This document shows, in pieces, positions 18,528 through 28,668 of a stretch of DNA of 64,000 nt. The notes beneath the pieces were generated by a model, which saw nothing but the letters and a program-made list of their open reading frames with translations, searched no databases and was not told the DNA's origin. Source of the DNA: Eubacteriales bacterium (GTDB lineage: Bacteria; Bacillota; Clostridia; Oscillospirales; CAG-272); NCBI GenBank assembly GCA_045531485.1, contig JAZSEC010000013.1, positions 4,510 through 68,509 on the forward strand. The letters are read 5' to 3'. Every line of letters begins with the position of its first letter. Positions within the stretch are counted from its first letter, which is position 1. The position numbers and the translations under genes were made by a program.

Positions 18528-20798
18528 TCATTTTTCCCTTCTATAGAGAGCAGGAATTTCCCCCAGGGCCTGCTCTACGTAGCGTGGCAGGCGTCTTGCA
18601 TACATACGAGTCTTTTTATCGTTGCTGCCCTGGACTCTGGTGAGAATGGCAGAGCGAAGCTCCTCCTCGCTCTCATTTTCGATAGGACGTATGTCCGAAA
18701 TCTCGACCGTGATGGGCTCGGAGCCTACCTTCACTCTTATTTCCTCGTGCAAAACGTCGCGGAAAATGATATACATTTCCCTCTCGGCAGGGAGAAGTCC
18801 CTTACTGTCGGTGGGAGGAGTGATTTTAAGACGCAGGGTGCTTCCCTGCTCCTCAAGATCAAAGCTTGTTATACAGTATTTGCCGTCAAGGTATGCCTTA
18901 GTTTCGCCGTCATCCTCGTATAGCTCATAGTGGCCGTTTCCACGCCAGATATGTATTTCAAGAGGCTGATCGAGAGAGAGGTCGTTGGTTCGGTCGTCGC
19001 GGTACATGGGAATGATCGCTCCCGCAGGTGCGAGAACGGGAATGGAGTCTATATCGCGGAACAGATCCACCATCATATCACCCTCGTAGACTCTGCCGTT
19101 AAAGATATCCGTCCAGCGACCCTCGGGAAGCCAGACTCTCGTCCTAGCAAGGTTAAGTCGCTTATCCATCGGGGTGGTGACGGGACATACCATAAGCTGA
19201 CCGCCAAAGATATACTGATTGATCTGCTCGTATGCCTCGGCTTCAATATATCTGTAATACATAGGCATACAGATCGGCTCGCCCTCGGTGTGAGTACGGT
19301 AATTTGCACTGTAGAGATAGGGAATCAGCTTATGCCTCAGGCGAAGGAAATCCTCCGCCACCCTTTCCACCGCGTAGCTACGCTTCCAGGGCTCCTTGCC
19401 CATAAAGTCGGAGTTAGAGGAATGGAGTCGGTTGATGGGAGAGAACACGCCGTACTGAAGCCAGCGAAGGTAAAGCTCGTCATCCTGGATGCCGTGCATG
19501 TGGCCGCCTATATCGTGGCTCCACCAGGTATAACCCGAGTTTGCGGCAGAATTAGTGAAATATGGCTGAAAATCAAGGCTCGCCCAGGTACAGTATGTGT
19601 CGCCCGAGAAGCCCAGGGGATAACGGTGACTGCCAAGACCTGCATAGCGGGAGAGAATAAGCGGACGTCTGTCGCCTCTACCCGAGTCCAGCGTATGATA
19701 GTGATTAAGTGCCCAGAGGGGATCAAGACCCTTGATAGCCGTTTTGGTTCCCTGCTGCCAGTCGATCCACCAGAAATCAACGCCCTCATCCTCCATAGGA
19801 TTATGAAGCACCTCAAAATATGCCTTCATAAACTTCGGATCTGTGCAATCAAAGGGAATTGTCTGCTTCGTCGAGGGATCAATACCCATTTTTTCACACA
19901 TTTCGGCATAGCCGTCCTCAAAAAAGCGGACGCCCTGAGATGGATGGACGTTAAGAGTAACCTTAAAGCCGCTGTCGTGAAGCCAGTCGAGCAGCTGACG
20001 GTGATCGGGGAAAAGCTCGGTATTCCAGCTGTAACCCGTCCAACCGGGGAGAATGGTATTGAAAAGCACCTCCTCGGGACATTTTGCCCTGCCCGGCCTT
20101 GCATCCTTGCCAAAGCGATCAATTACGTCTGTCCAATGCCAATCCATATCAATGGTGGCAACGGTTATGGGAATCTCCAGGTCAATGAATTTCTGCATCA
20201 GGGAGCGATACTCCTCCTGGGTGTAGGCACGGTAACGGCTCCACCAGTTGCCGAGAGCAAATTTCGGGATAAGCGGCACCTCGCCCGTCAGCCTAAAGAA
20301 ATCGCGAAGCTGACCTAAGTAATCCTTGCCGTAGGCGAACCAATAGCGGTCGGTGCAGGCAGGACGGGGTGAGATAGTACCGTCGGGCTTAATGAGAAGG
20401 CTCTTCGAATCATCCAAAACCGAGGAGCCAAATCTTGATATAATACCGGGCTCAAGCTTGGTTTTTCCGTTAACTCGGTCGAGGGTGCGTGCGGTTCCGG
20501 GAAGCCTGCCCTCTCCAAAATTCTTCGTGTAGACGTGAGGAGGCCAGTTAGCATAGACTACCCTTCCGTCGGATTTTTTTACCTTGAAGCAGGCACGTGC
20601 GGTCTGCACCTCCACGTATTTTTCATCCTCGGTGAGCTTGTATTCCACCCGGCAGAAATCCCTGTTCTGCACGGTCTGTGTGGGCAGATCTGTAAAGAGG
20701 CTGCCACCTGCGATATCGGTATTTGCCGCCGTTTCGGTACGGAGAAGTCGGTCGGTTATAAGAGATATTCGGAGATAATCGTTCTGATAGATGATCAT
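18528..20798 (-). CDS. glycoside hydrolase family 31 (alpha-xylosidase/alpha-glucosidase-like)
   Basis: VATIDMDWHW, GVDFWWIDWQQG and WSHDIGGH motifs. 756 aa. Confidence 0.88.
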   Translation of the reverse strand: MIIYQNDYLRISLITDRLLRTETAANTDIAGGSLFTDLPTQTVQNRDFCRVEYKLTEDEKYVEVQTARACFKVKKSDGRVVYANWPPHVYTKNFGEGRLPGTARTLDRVNGKTKLEPGIISRFGSSVLDDSKSLLIKPDGTISPRPACTDRYWFAYGKDYLGQLRDFFRLTGEVPLIPKFALGNWWSRYRAYTQEEYRSLMQKFIDLEIPITVATIDMDWHWTDVIDRFGKDARPGRAKCPEEVLFNTILPGWTGYSWNTELFPDHRQLLDWLHDSGFKVTLNVHPSQGVRFFEDGYAEMCEKMGIDPSTKQTIPFDCTDPKFMKAYFEVLHNPMEDEGVDFWWIDWQQGTKTAIKGLDPLWALNHYHTLDSGRGDRRPLILSRYAGLGSHRYPLGFSGDTYCTWASLDFQPYFTNSAANSGYTWWSHDIGGHMHGIQDDELYLRWLQYGVFSPINRLHSSNSDFMGKEPWKRSYAVERVAEDFLRLRHKLIPYLYSANYRTHTEGEPICMPMYYRYIEAEAYEQINQYIFGGQLMVCPVTTPMDKRLNLARTRVWLPEGRWTDIFNGRVYEGDMMVDLFRDIDSIPVLAPAGAIIPMYRDDRTNDLSLDQPLEIHIWRGNGHYELYEDDGETKAYLDGKYCITSFDLEEQGSTLRLKITPPTDSKGLLPAEREMYIIFRDVLHEEIRVKVGSEPITVEISDIRPIENESEEELRSAILTRVQGSNDKKTRMYARRLPRYVEQALGEIPALYRREK

Positions 20799-20861
20799 AG
20801 CCGCCTCCTTAAGATTATGTTTGTTTTATTTTAACATAATATAAAGGCAAAGTCAAGAAAA

Positions 20862-20886
20862 AACCGCAGTCACATAGACTGCGGTT
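20862..20886 (-). terminator. rho-independent terminator
   Basis: aaccgcagtc-acata-gactgcggtt followed by a T-run on the minus strand. Confidence 0.65.
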
Positions 20887-20898
20887 GGTATAATTGTT

Positions 20899-22227
20899 TT
20901 ATTCCGTCGGTTCAAAGAACTTAATATCGTAATTAATATTCTGGAAGGTCCGCGTTCCATTTACGGGGGCATAGGCTCTTACCATAACCTTTATTTCAGA
21001 GAGGACGCCGTCCTTGTAGGTGACGTTTATTCTTACAGAAACAATATCCTCATGATTGGGATAATCCTCACCAATGTAAATCTCCATAAGATAGGTGTTA
21101 GGGTTGGACTCGGATCTCTGCACGTCACACACAAGCTTCTCGTTAAACGCACTGGCAGTTAAGGAATTGTATACGTTAACACGCTCTGCCGTGTCGGTGC
21201 TATAGGTGGTTGTGTTTTCTGTCTTTTTGACTCCCTCCGAATAGGTGGTTTCTTTTCTCTCATCATTAGCTATAACGATTTTTTTGCTGTAAAAGCCTTT
21301 TTCATTCGTGCCATAGCTGATTATGTCATATTCCTTGAGCGAAAAGTGCATGTTATTATAGGAAAAGCTGTTTTCTCTTTTTATGCTGGCTCCGCTGTGC
21401 GACAGTGAAAGCTTATCTAACAGATCGCTGCCGACCTTATAGATCATGCCAACGTCAGCACAGTCCTTATATCCCTCAAGATCCACGTCATCAACAGTGG
21501 TGGAATTGAGGCCGCTGAAGCTTGAGATCGAGGTAGCAGAGGGGGTATACTCATCGGCATATTGGCTATTTTCGCCGGCTTCAAAGACGTAATCAACCCT
21601 GCTCTCCCAGCTTGAATAATCCGTTTTAACTTTTATTGTGATGCACGCAGACGCAACGTCGTAGCCCGGCGTAAAAGCACCGAAGGTAGTTCCCATCTCT
21701 TTTGCGGTAGTCCTGTCAAGGATGTTGATTTTTACCGTTATGTAGTCACCCTCCCGAGTATATGACAGGTCCTTTCTGTATACGGTAGTTGAGCCGAGGA
21801 GAGTAGTGATAAATCTTTGTTTATTTTCCTCCGTTACCCGGGACTTAAGACGGATATCGGTGCTGCCGCGAATTACGTTGCGGTACATATATTCCTCGTT
21901 GTACCCTTCGGTCTGAATTACACTGTAATCCAAGGAGTCGTTTTCGTAATCATAATCGTATATCGCTTTAAGCTGGGCGGCAGAGGCGTTGCCACCGTTC
22001 CTGCCCATAACATCCTCGGTTACGGTCTCTGTAAATGTAATCTCACCGTCCTCAACCATTCCGTTAACAGTCAATTCACTCGCGAAGGAGAAGGAATCTG
22101 CATCCTGTAAAATCTTGTCAAGCTTATTCAGCAGGTTAACAGCACGCTGCTCGCTGCAGGAGGTCATAGCAAGGATCATCACGAGGATAACGGATAAAGT
22201 CAACAAAACGGTTATTATTCTTTTCAT
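20899..22227 (-). CDS. lipoprotein of unknown function (paralog of 22304..23686)
   Basis: Signal peptide and lipobox LAMTSC. Shares blocks (STTVDDVDLEGY, VYVFEA, SSWES) with the neighbouring gene. Confidence 0.75.
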   Translation of the reverse strand: MKRIITVLLTLSVILVMILAMTSCSEQRAVNLLNKLDKILQDADSFSFASELTVNGMVEDGEITFTETVTEDVMGRNGGNASAAQLKAIYDYDYENDSLDYSVIQTEGYNEEYMYRNVIRGSTDIRLKSRVTEENKQRFITTLLGSTTVYRKDLSYTREGDYITVKINILDRTTAKEMGTTFGAFTPGYDVASACITIKVKTDYSSWESRVDYVFEAGENSQYADEYTPSATSISSFSGLNSTTVDDVDLEGYKDCADVGMIYKVGSDLLDKLSLSHSGASIKRENSFSYNNMHFSLKEYDIISYGTNEKGFYSKKIVIANDERKETTYSEGVKKTENTTTYSTDTAERVNVYNSLTASAFNEKLVCDVQRSESNPNTYLMEIYIGEDYPNHEDIVSVRINVTYKDGVLSEIKVMVRAYAPVNGTRTFQNINYDIKFFEPTE

Positions 22228-22303
22228 ACAGTTGCTCCTTTCTTCTGCTTTTATTATACTGTAAAACCTTTGTCCTTAAGAAAGATATAACAAAACAAAG
22301 ATA

Positions 22304-23686
22304 TTAATCGGCAAATTCGGTATTTACCTTGGAAATGAGGATATAACCGCTGGTATCACCCTTCTTCCAGCATCGGATAACGGTGTTGACGGTATCGATC
22401 TCGTTGTTCACCAATGTCACAGTTACGGTGATAGATCCCTCGTTGAAGCTGTAGTCCTCCAAGGAATACTGCCCTGCCATCGCCTCGGTCATAAAAACGT
22501 CGAAGGTGTAGACCGTCTCACCGTTTTCGCCCGCCGATTTCTTCACGCTCTTGACCATGAGAGGATTATATCCGCCGAGGGTGAATATCATATTGACATA
22601 GCGTCGCTCTGCATCATCGGTGGAGGGAGTGGGCACGCCGTTTTCCTTCCTTATGCCGTTCATATAGCTGATGGGATAATATCTATCATTTATATGATGA
22701 TAACCGGTGTGATAAAAGCTACCGTTCCTTATTCCAAACTCAACGTCGTCGGTTTCGGTTCCCTGCATAACGGTACCCTTATAGGATATGATGTGTGTAA
22801 TATCAATATAGGCTCTGCCGTGAGGCTCAAGGGTCTTATTCATCAGGTCGTTAGAAACCTTATTCATGATATTCACGCTGTCAATGAGGGTGTAGCCGTC
22901 AAGATCGATGTCATCAACCGTGGTTGAGCCGAGGCTGGTGTAAGTGAGCTTCGATGAAACGACGGGCATATAGAAGAAGCCGTCGGGAAATTCGTAGTCC
23001 GGGATTGCCTCAAATACGTAGACTGCCTCGCTGGTCCAGGAGGAAAAATCCTCCTTTACGGTAACGATGATGCTGGCAGACTTTACGTAATAGCCGGGGG
23101 TCATTGAGATAACGTCCATACTCATACGGTTTACCGACTCCTCGTCAAGCTCGGTAATTGTGACCACCCAGGAGCCGTCCTCAGCCTTAGTAGATCTGAG
23201 GGTGCTGCGTGGAATACGTGTATCGGTGTATTTTTCTTCGTTATAAATGTTTATTTCCGCGGGAGTTACGATGGATTTGAATTTGCTTTTAAAGCTACCG
23301 GTTTCCACACTGCGAAACATGTGTCCTTCGGTGTATCCCTCCACGTGAGTCATGGAATAATCGTACTCGTCGATATCGTAATCCACGCTATAGCTCATCT
23401 CGGAGATAAGAGTTGCTCGCTTTGAGTTCTTGTTCATCGCTCGCTCAGACGTGGTGGAGGTATAGACGATGGGAGATATGGCCGACATACCGTACACCTT
23501 TGTTTCGGCAGACAGGGTATATGAGCTTGACTCAAGGAGAATTGTATCGATTTTATCAAGGATCACACCTGCACGGGTCTTTTCACCGAGCATCCACAGC
23601 GGCATATTTTCGCTGCAGGAGGCAAGGGTGGGAAGCAGCAGTGTGAGAATGATCAGGACGATCAATAATTTAGCGGTGTTTTTCAT
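22304..23686 (-). CDS. lipoprotein of unknown function (paralog of 20899..22227)
   Basis: Signal peptide and lipobox TLASC. Collinear similarity to the downstream gene. Confidence 0.75.
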   Translation of the reverse strand: MKNTAKLLIVLIILTLLLPTLASCSENMPLWMLGEKTRAGVILDKIDTILLESSSYTLSAETKVYGMSAISPIVYTSTTSERAMNKNSKRATLISEMSYSVDYDIDEYDYSMTHVEGYTEGHMFRSVETGSFKSKFKSIVTPAEINIYNEEKYTDTRIPRSTLRSTKAEDGSWVVTITELDEESVNRMSMDVISMTPGYYVKSASIIVTVKEDFSSWTSEAVYVFEAIPDYEFPDGFFYMPVVSSKLTYTSLGSTTVDDIDLDGYTLIDSVNIMNKVSNDLMNKTLEPHGRAYIDITHIISYKGTVMQGTETDDVEFGIRNGSFYHTGYHHINDRYYPISYMNGIRKENGVPTPSTDDAERRYVNMIFTLGGYNPLMVKSVKKSAGENGETVYTFDVFMTEAMAGQYSLEDYSFNEGSITVTVTLVNNEIDTVNTVIRCWKKGDTSGYILISKVNTEFAD

Positions 23687-23761
23687 ATACGTTCTCCTTT
23701 TCTTATTTGATTTTATTATATCATAGACGGTTTTTTTATGTCAATATATTTTACGCAAAAA

Positions 23762-23785
23762 AGCCGCGACGTAAAGGTCGCGGCT
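23762..23785 (-). terminator. rho-independent terminator
   Basis: agccgcgac-gtaaag-gtcgcggct with a T-run on the minus strand. Confidence 0.65.
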
Positions 23786-23801
23786 ATAATGCTTTTTAAG
23801 A

Positions 23802-24497
23802 TTAATTCTCTGCCTTTTTTAACTCGTCGCGGTAGACGAGGTAGGCGTAAATCGTCATAGGAATAATAGAGCCGACAACAAGCATCAGCATTACGATAAG
23901 AGCGATGCTGCCCGAAAGAAGCAGGCCGCAGATTGCGGTTAAAAATCCGCAAATCACCATAACGTACCCCGAAAATCTGTTACATTTCGACCAGGTGACG
24001 TCATTAAATCTGGTCCAGGGGAGGCGGAAGCCTACGGTAGAATTGCTCTTGGATTTCGGTATGATATTTCCAAGGACGATAAAGGATATACCCATGATCA
24101 CCGTTACTATCTTAATAACGTCGATCTGCGGAGCATTGGCAGAATTGATCTGGGAGAAGGACATATAAAGGAAGAGAAAATTCAGAATCAGGAACATCAC
24201 CGAAATAGAGGTGAAGGTCACCGCCATAACCTTAAGGTTTGCCTTTGCCTCGGCTCTCTCCTTATCGTCATCCGAGTCAAGCTTCTTACGATAAGAATGG
24301 TCGCAGAGTAGCCAGATGCCGTCCATCACCAGCATAATTACAGGCATGATAAGAAGCTCGTATTTCGAGCCCCAACGGTCAGCCGTGCCGTCAAATCCGA
24401 AATGCACAGGAACCTCGCTCGGAAATGCTGAAATCACCGCCAAAGTGCCAAAAAGTGCCATTAAAAGTAAAGCAAGGTTTACAATTTTAATCTTCAT
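23802..24497 (-). CDS. DUF1648 + SdpI-family membrane protein
   Basis: Start refined to MKIKIVNLALL (RBS GGAGG). VPVHFGFDGTADRWGSK matches DUF1648. The C-terminal NSTVGFRLPWTRFNDVTW region is SdpI-like. Confidence 0.8.
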   Translation of the reverse strand: MKIKIVNLALLLMALFGTLAVISAFPSEVPVHFGFDGTADRWGSKYELLIMPVIMLVMDGIWLLCDHSYRKKLDSDDDKERAEAKANLKVMAVTFTSISVMFLILNFLFLYMSFSQINSANAPQIDVIKIVTVIMGISFIVLGNIIPKSKSNSTVGFRLPWTRFNDVTWSKCNRFSGYVMVICGFLTAICGLLLSGSIALIVMLMLVVGSIIPMTIYAYLVYRDELKKAEN

Positions 24498-24771
24498 TTC
24501 TCTTTCCTCCAAATTGCTTAGCCCACAGGATAATCTCCTCAAACACCGAGGTATTTATCTCGTAGTAAATAAAATTCTTCTCTCTGTACTCTATAACAAG
24601 GTCGGCCTCACGAAGCAGCCTAAGATGGTAGGACAGTGCGGCAGGCGTTATACCAAGACGCTCGGCGATCTCACCCGCCGAAAGTCTGCCGCCACGAAGC
24701 ATCTCGAGTACGTCCCTTCGTTGCTTATCCGACAGCACCTTGAAAATATTAAATTCGCTCATTTTCGTCAC
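24487..24771 (-). CDS. ArsR/SmtB-family (SdpR-like) transcriptional repressor
   Basis: FKVLSDKQRRDVLEMLRGGRLSAGEIAERLGITPAALSYHLRLLREADLV winged-helix motif. It overlaps the sdpI-like start. Confidence 0.85.
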   Translation of the reverse strand: MTKMSEFNIFKVLSDKQRRDVLEMLRGGRLSAGEIAERLGITPAALSYHLRLLREADLVIEYREKNFIYYEINTSVFEEIILWAKQFGGKRNED

Positions 24772-24851
24772 CTATTTAAAATTTTCTTTAAATAGATTAT
24801 ACATTATTTGCTATGAATTGTCAAGAGGTATTTAAAATTATTTTTAAATAG

Positions 24852-24880
24852 TTGAAATAGATCGGATTTTGTGATATAAT
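24852..24880 (+). promoter_or_regulatory. sigma-A promoter with extended -10
   Basis: TTGAAA (24852-24857), 17 nt, TGATATAAT ending at 24880. Confidence 0.55.
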
Positions 24881-24920
24881 CTTGATAGTCAATAAAAATT
24901 CCTCTCAAAAGGAGAAAAAT

Positions 24921-26294
24921 ATGAAAAAGATTTTTGCATTTTTGCTTATTCTCTGTCTTTGTCTGCCTATGGTGGGCTGCAGCACATCAAAATCCACCAT
25001 CAACGGTGTGAAGCTTAAGGATTACTCCATCGTCTATTCCGCAGAGGATCACGACTACTCCATGCGTGCTGCCGAGTATATTCAACGTCAGATCAAGGAG
25101 AAAACCGGCCTTCAGCTGCCAATTGTCGAGGACAGCGAGCCTACAAAGACAAATTATGAGATAGTTGTGGGTGAGACCGAGCGTGAGGTGTCAAAGAATC
25201 TGGATGCAGAAACAGAGGGGCTTCAGTTCGCAATTTTCGCAAACGACAGCCAGATCGCCCTTGAGGGTGACTACTTTATCATAGCGGCGGCGGCATATTT
25301 CTTTATCGAGGTATACGTTCCCGAGAATAACTTTGATGCAGAGATACCCAAAGAGGTTAAGATACATAATCCAATAGTTAAGGAAGCAAAGAACTTTATT
25401 ATGCTTATCGGCGACGGTATGGGCGAGTATCAAACAAGGATGTTCGAGTATATCGAGAACGATATTGAGTACGGCGACGGCGAGGATCTCTTCTACGGCT
25501 CGCTTCTTCCCTACAAGGCCTATTCCAGAACCGAGTCGCTTTCGGGTGTTACCGACAGTGCGGCAGGCGGAACCGCTCTTTCCTGCGGCATTAAGACCTA
25601 TAACGAATATATCGGCCGTGACGCAGAGCTAAATGACGTGCAAAATCTGCCTGAGCTGGCTGCCGGCAAGGGCATGGCTACTGCAGTAATGTCCACCGAG
25701 ATCAAGACGGGTGCAACACCTGCAGCCTTCTCTGCCCATGCAGATAGCAGAAACGGTACGGCGGCGATCCTTAACAGTCAGCTTACCTCCAAGACAGAAT
25801 ATGGACTTATCGTAGAGTGCAGCATCGGCAACGATAATTACTCCGCCAAGGAGGTGCCTGAGATGGAGGATGCGATAGTAGACGTACTTAAGACCGTAAG
25901 TCAGAACGAGAACGGCTTCTTCCTTATGTTCGAGGAGGCATACATTGACAAGCACTGTCATAAGAACTATCTGGACAAAACCTTTAACGCTATGGTAAGA
26001 TTTAACCAGGCTATCGGTGTGTTTATGGAATTTGCCTTCTATAACCCCGAAACCTTTATCCTTATCACCGCAGATCACGAAACAGGCGACCTTCGTCCCA
26101 ATGATGAGGGTGTCCTTGAGTATCATATTACTGAGCACAGTGCACATCCCGTGCCCGTATTCGTATACGGACATAAGGCAGAGTTGTTTGACGGCAAGGA
26201 GATCGAGAACATTCAGATCGCCCACACCATCGCAAGCTTTATGGGTGAGTACAGCTTCGGCGACCAGAGCGTATACACCTACCTCGGCAAGTGA
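24921..26294 (+). CDS. alkaline phosphatase family lipoprotein
   Basis: Start refined to MKKIFAFLLILCLCLPMVGC (RBS GGAGA). LIGDGMG and the TDSAAGGTALSCG active-site Ser motif. Confidence 0.85.
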   Translation: MKKIFAFLLILCLCLPMVGCSTSKSTINGVKLKDYSIVYSAEDHDYSMRAAEYIQRQIKEKTGLQLPIVEDSEPTKTNYEIVVGETEREVSKNLDAETEGLQFAIFANDSQIALEGDYFIIAAAAYFFIEVYVPENNFDAEIPKEVKIHNPIVKEAKNFIMLIGDGMGEYQTRMFEYIENDIEYGDGEDLFYGSLLPYKAYSRTESLSGVTDSAAGGTALSCGIKTYNEYIGRDAELNDVQNLPELAAGKGMATAVMSTEIKTGATPAAFSAHADSRNGTAAILNSQLTSKTEYGLIVECSIGNDNYSAKEVPEMEDAIVDVLKTVSQNENGFFLMFEEAYIDKHCHKNYLDKTFNAMVRFNQAIGVFMEFAFYNPETFILITADHETGDLRPNDEGVLEYHITEHSAHPVPVFVYGHKAELFDGKEIENIQIAHTIASFMGEYSFGDQSVYTYLGK

Positions 26295-26340
26295 TATACC
26301 TTATCTGAAAGATCAAAAAGCACAGCTTAATAAATGAAAA

Positions 26341-26367
26341 CGGCGACCATTTTGGTCGCCGTTTTTT
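26341..26367. terminator. bidirectional terminator
   Basis: cggcgacc-atttt-ggtcgccg flanked by A4 and T6. Confidence 0.7.
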
Positions 26368-26393
26368 GTCATTTTGTAAATATTAGTTGTCTT

Positions 26394-26618
26394 TCAGCCT
26401 ACTTTTGCCTCAAGATAGCGGCAAACGTCGCCTACGGTTTCAAACTTGACGAATTCTAAAAATTTAAAGCCAAAGGCATCCTCGATCTCCATAGACATCA
26501 TCATAAGTGCCAGAGAATCGAAGCCGAGATCGTCAATAAGACGGGTGCTTTCTGTAACGGTGGACATATCCACGTCGGGAAGGACTCTTCCGAGAACAAC
26601 CTTTAATTTTTCAAGCAT
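26394..26618 (-). CDS. acyl/peptidyl carrier protein (non-housekeeping type)
   Basis: 74 aa with the DDLGFDSLALMMM phosphopantetheine attachment motif. The ATG is 1 nt after the upstream stop. Confidence 0.8.
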   Translation of the reverse strand: MLEKLKVVLGRVLPDVDMSTVTESTRLIDDLGFDSLALMMMSMEIEDAFGFKFLEFVKFETVGDVCRYLEAKVG

Positions 26619-26619
26619 A

Positions 26620-27744
26620 TTAATCTCCTATCTTTTTAATATACGCACGTCTACGCTTATGCTGACGGGCGTCAAAGTATTTCCACTGTGCCTGAACGGC
26701 GGTATTGGTTTCAAGATTCAGATTCGTTTCACAGCTGTCCACCCTGCCGCTCTCAAGGATCTCAAGAATACCGTTGATCAGTATTGCATTAATGCCCGCC
26801 ATCTGATATTCGGGGCGTACGGCAACTAAGCCGAGGTCGATAACACGCGGCTTTTTCACCAGGGAAAGCAGCTTAATTAACGCAAAAGGAGTAAGACGTC
26901 CCCCACTTTTTTTGACCGCGTCGCCAATTCCGGGGAAGCAAAGGCCGAAGCCGACCACCCTGTCGTTCTCGTCGCAGATGAAGATGGCGTACTCCTTATT
27001 GACGATCATCATGAACTGATTTATTAGCTCATCCTGAGCGTCCTTAGGTATCTCAACGGTGCCGTAGAGATGCTTATAGCACTCGGCAAGGCAATCGAAG
27101 AAGCCGTCACGGTATTTTTCGATATATTTCTTCTTCGACATCTTGGTGCTTGCAATATGTAATTTGTTAAGTTCAAGTGCTCTTTCTGCCACGCGGGAGA
27201 GCATCTGATTTCTCTTTTCGGGTTTTTTCAGCTGATATTCAAGCCAGTCAACGTCCTTTTCGTAGCCAAGACGCTCAATAAGTCTGCCGTAATACTCGTA
27301 GTTATACTGCTCCTCGAAGGTGGAATTTTCCTCGAAGCCCTCTACCAGAAGTCCCTCTCGGTCAAGATCGGTGTAGCCGAGCGGCCCGCAGATCTCATTC
27401 ATACCAAGGCTAACGCACCATCTTTCCACCGCGGAAAACAGCTCACGGGCGACCTCAATATCCTCGATACAGTCGAATCGGGTAAAGCGGATCTGTCTTG
27501 TATTATGGCTTCGGTTATATTCCTTCTGCAAAATTCCCTGGATACGTCCCACCGTAATTCCGCCACGCAGGGCAATATAGAACACCGCGTCGGCATCCTT
27601 GGTCTTACCGCCGGAGCGAAGCAGCCTTTTCTCATCGGAGTAAAGCGGAGGCACGAAATAGGGACAATCCTTATAAAGACGGAGAGGAAGCTCTATAAAT
27701 TCCTTAATATCCCTCTCGGTCCTTACCTCTCTGATTTCAAGCAT
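26620..27744 (-). CDS. GNAT-like acyltransferase family protein (~374 aa)
   Basis: Start refined to MLEIREVRTERDIKEFIELPLRLYKDCPYFVPPLYSDE. The C-terminal LGLVAVRPEYQMAGINAIL region resembles the GNAT acyl-CoA-binding motif A. Confidence 0.6.
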   Translation of the reverse strand: MLEIREVRTERDIKEFIELPLRLYKDCPYFVPPLYSDEKRLLRSGGKTKDADAVFYIALRGGITVGRIQGILQKEYNRSHNTRQIRFTRFDCIEDIEVARELFSAVERWCVSLGMNEICGPLGYTDLDREGLLVEGFEENSTFEEQYNYEYYGRLIERLGYEKDVDWLEYQLKKPEKRNQMLSRVAERALELNKLHIASTKMSKKKYIEKYRDGFFDCLAECYKHLYGTVEIPKDAQDELINQFMMIVNKEYAIFICDENDRVVGFGLCFPGIGDAVKKSGGRLTPFALIKLLSLVKKPRVIDLGLVAVRPEYQMAGINAILINGILEILESGRVDSCETNLNLETNTAVQAQWKYFDARQHKRRRAYIKKIGD

Positions 27745-27757
27745 ACTGCCACCCTGC

Positions 27758-28657
27758 CTATTCAAGAGGCTCGTCGTCGCGGCGAAGGAATGCAAGGCCG
27801 TAGCCTGCAAGCCAGGGGCCGTTATGGCTGCCGCTGACAGGTGACATAATTACCGACTCGTGATTGGTCTGTATACCAACCTTAGCCTCGATCTCACGAA
27901 GGGTCGCAATAAGCGATGGGCCGGTATATACATGCCAGAGTACGTAGTCCTCGGGCGAGCGGTCACCGATGGTTTCCTTAATTATCTCGCAGGTGCGAAG
28001 CAAAGCCTTCTTCTGTGTGCGGACGCTCTCAAGAGGCACGCACTCGCCCGCCTTATTAAAGGTAAGAACGGGACAGAAGTTAAGTATCTGACCCATAAGT
28101 GCCTTGCCACCCTTAAGTCTGCCGTTGTAAATAAGATAATCAAGCTTGCCGTCAACACCGACAAAGAGCTGATGATCCATAAGCCACTGAGTTTCCTTCA
28201 GGATCTGCTCGCTTGACATTCCCTGTGCGGCAAATTCTGCAGCCTTGATGGCGAGGAAGCCCTCGTTAAAGCTGGTGATCTTGGTATCCACGACGTGAAT
28301 CTTTATTCTGTCCTCATAGTCCTTTGCCACAAGGCAGATCTTGTTATACGTACCGCCAAGGTAGGCAGAGATGGCGTATACGATAACCTCATCGTAGCCA
28401 TCGGCTATGGCAGACTCGAAGCAGTTCATAATGTCCTCGGTATCGGGCATAGCGGTGGAGGGCAGATTTTTCTTCGGATCCTCCAGGGTTTCAAGATACT
28501 GATAGAATGCCACGGGGTCAAGATCCAGACCCTCCTTATACTCCTTGCCACCGTAGATAACGTGAACGCGGAGGATGTCGATGCCAAGCTGCTTATATCT
28601 CTCGGGAGCGTAGTCGATACAGCCGGTGGACGTGCAGACAATTTTAATTTTACTCAT
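27758..28657 (-). CDS. DegV family fatty-acid-binding protein
   Basis: MSKIKIVCTSTGCIDY... is a typical DegV N-terminus and length. Confidence 0.88.
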   Translation of the reverse strand: MSKIKIVCTSTGCIDYAPERYKQLGIDILRVHVIYGGKEYKEGLDLDPVAFYQYLETLEDPKKNLPSTAMPDTEDIMNCFESAIADGYDEVIVYAISAYLGGTYNKICLVAKDYEDRIKIHVVDTKITSFNEGFLAIKAAEFAAQGMSSEQILKETQWLMDHQLFVGVDGKLDYLIYNGRLKGGKALMGQILNFCPVLTFNKAGECVPLESVRTQKKALLRTCEIIKETIGDRSPEDYVLWHVYTGPSLIATLREIEAKVGIQTNHESVIMSPVSGSHNGPWLAGYGLAFLRRDDEPLE

Positions 28658-28668
28658 GTTTTATCTCC

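Noticed and set aside
18930-20318. 462-aa plus-strand ORF, and similar long antisense ORFs at 39748-41202, 55866-56795, 56779-57507, 58467-59585, 32799-33377, 16977-17822 and 41776-42543
   Set aside because: Each lies opposite a gene with strong family motifs (GH31, esterase, kduD, kduI, valS, response regulator, Wzy-like, CaCA), and none has recognisable domains.
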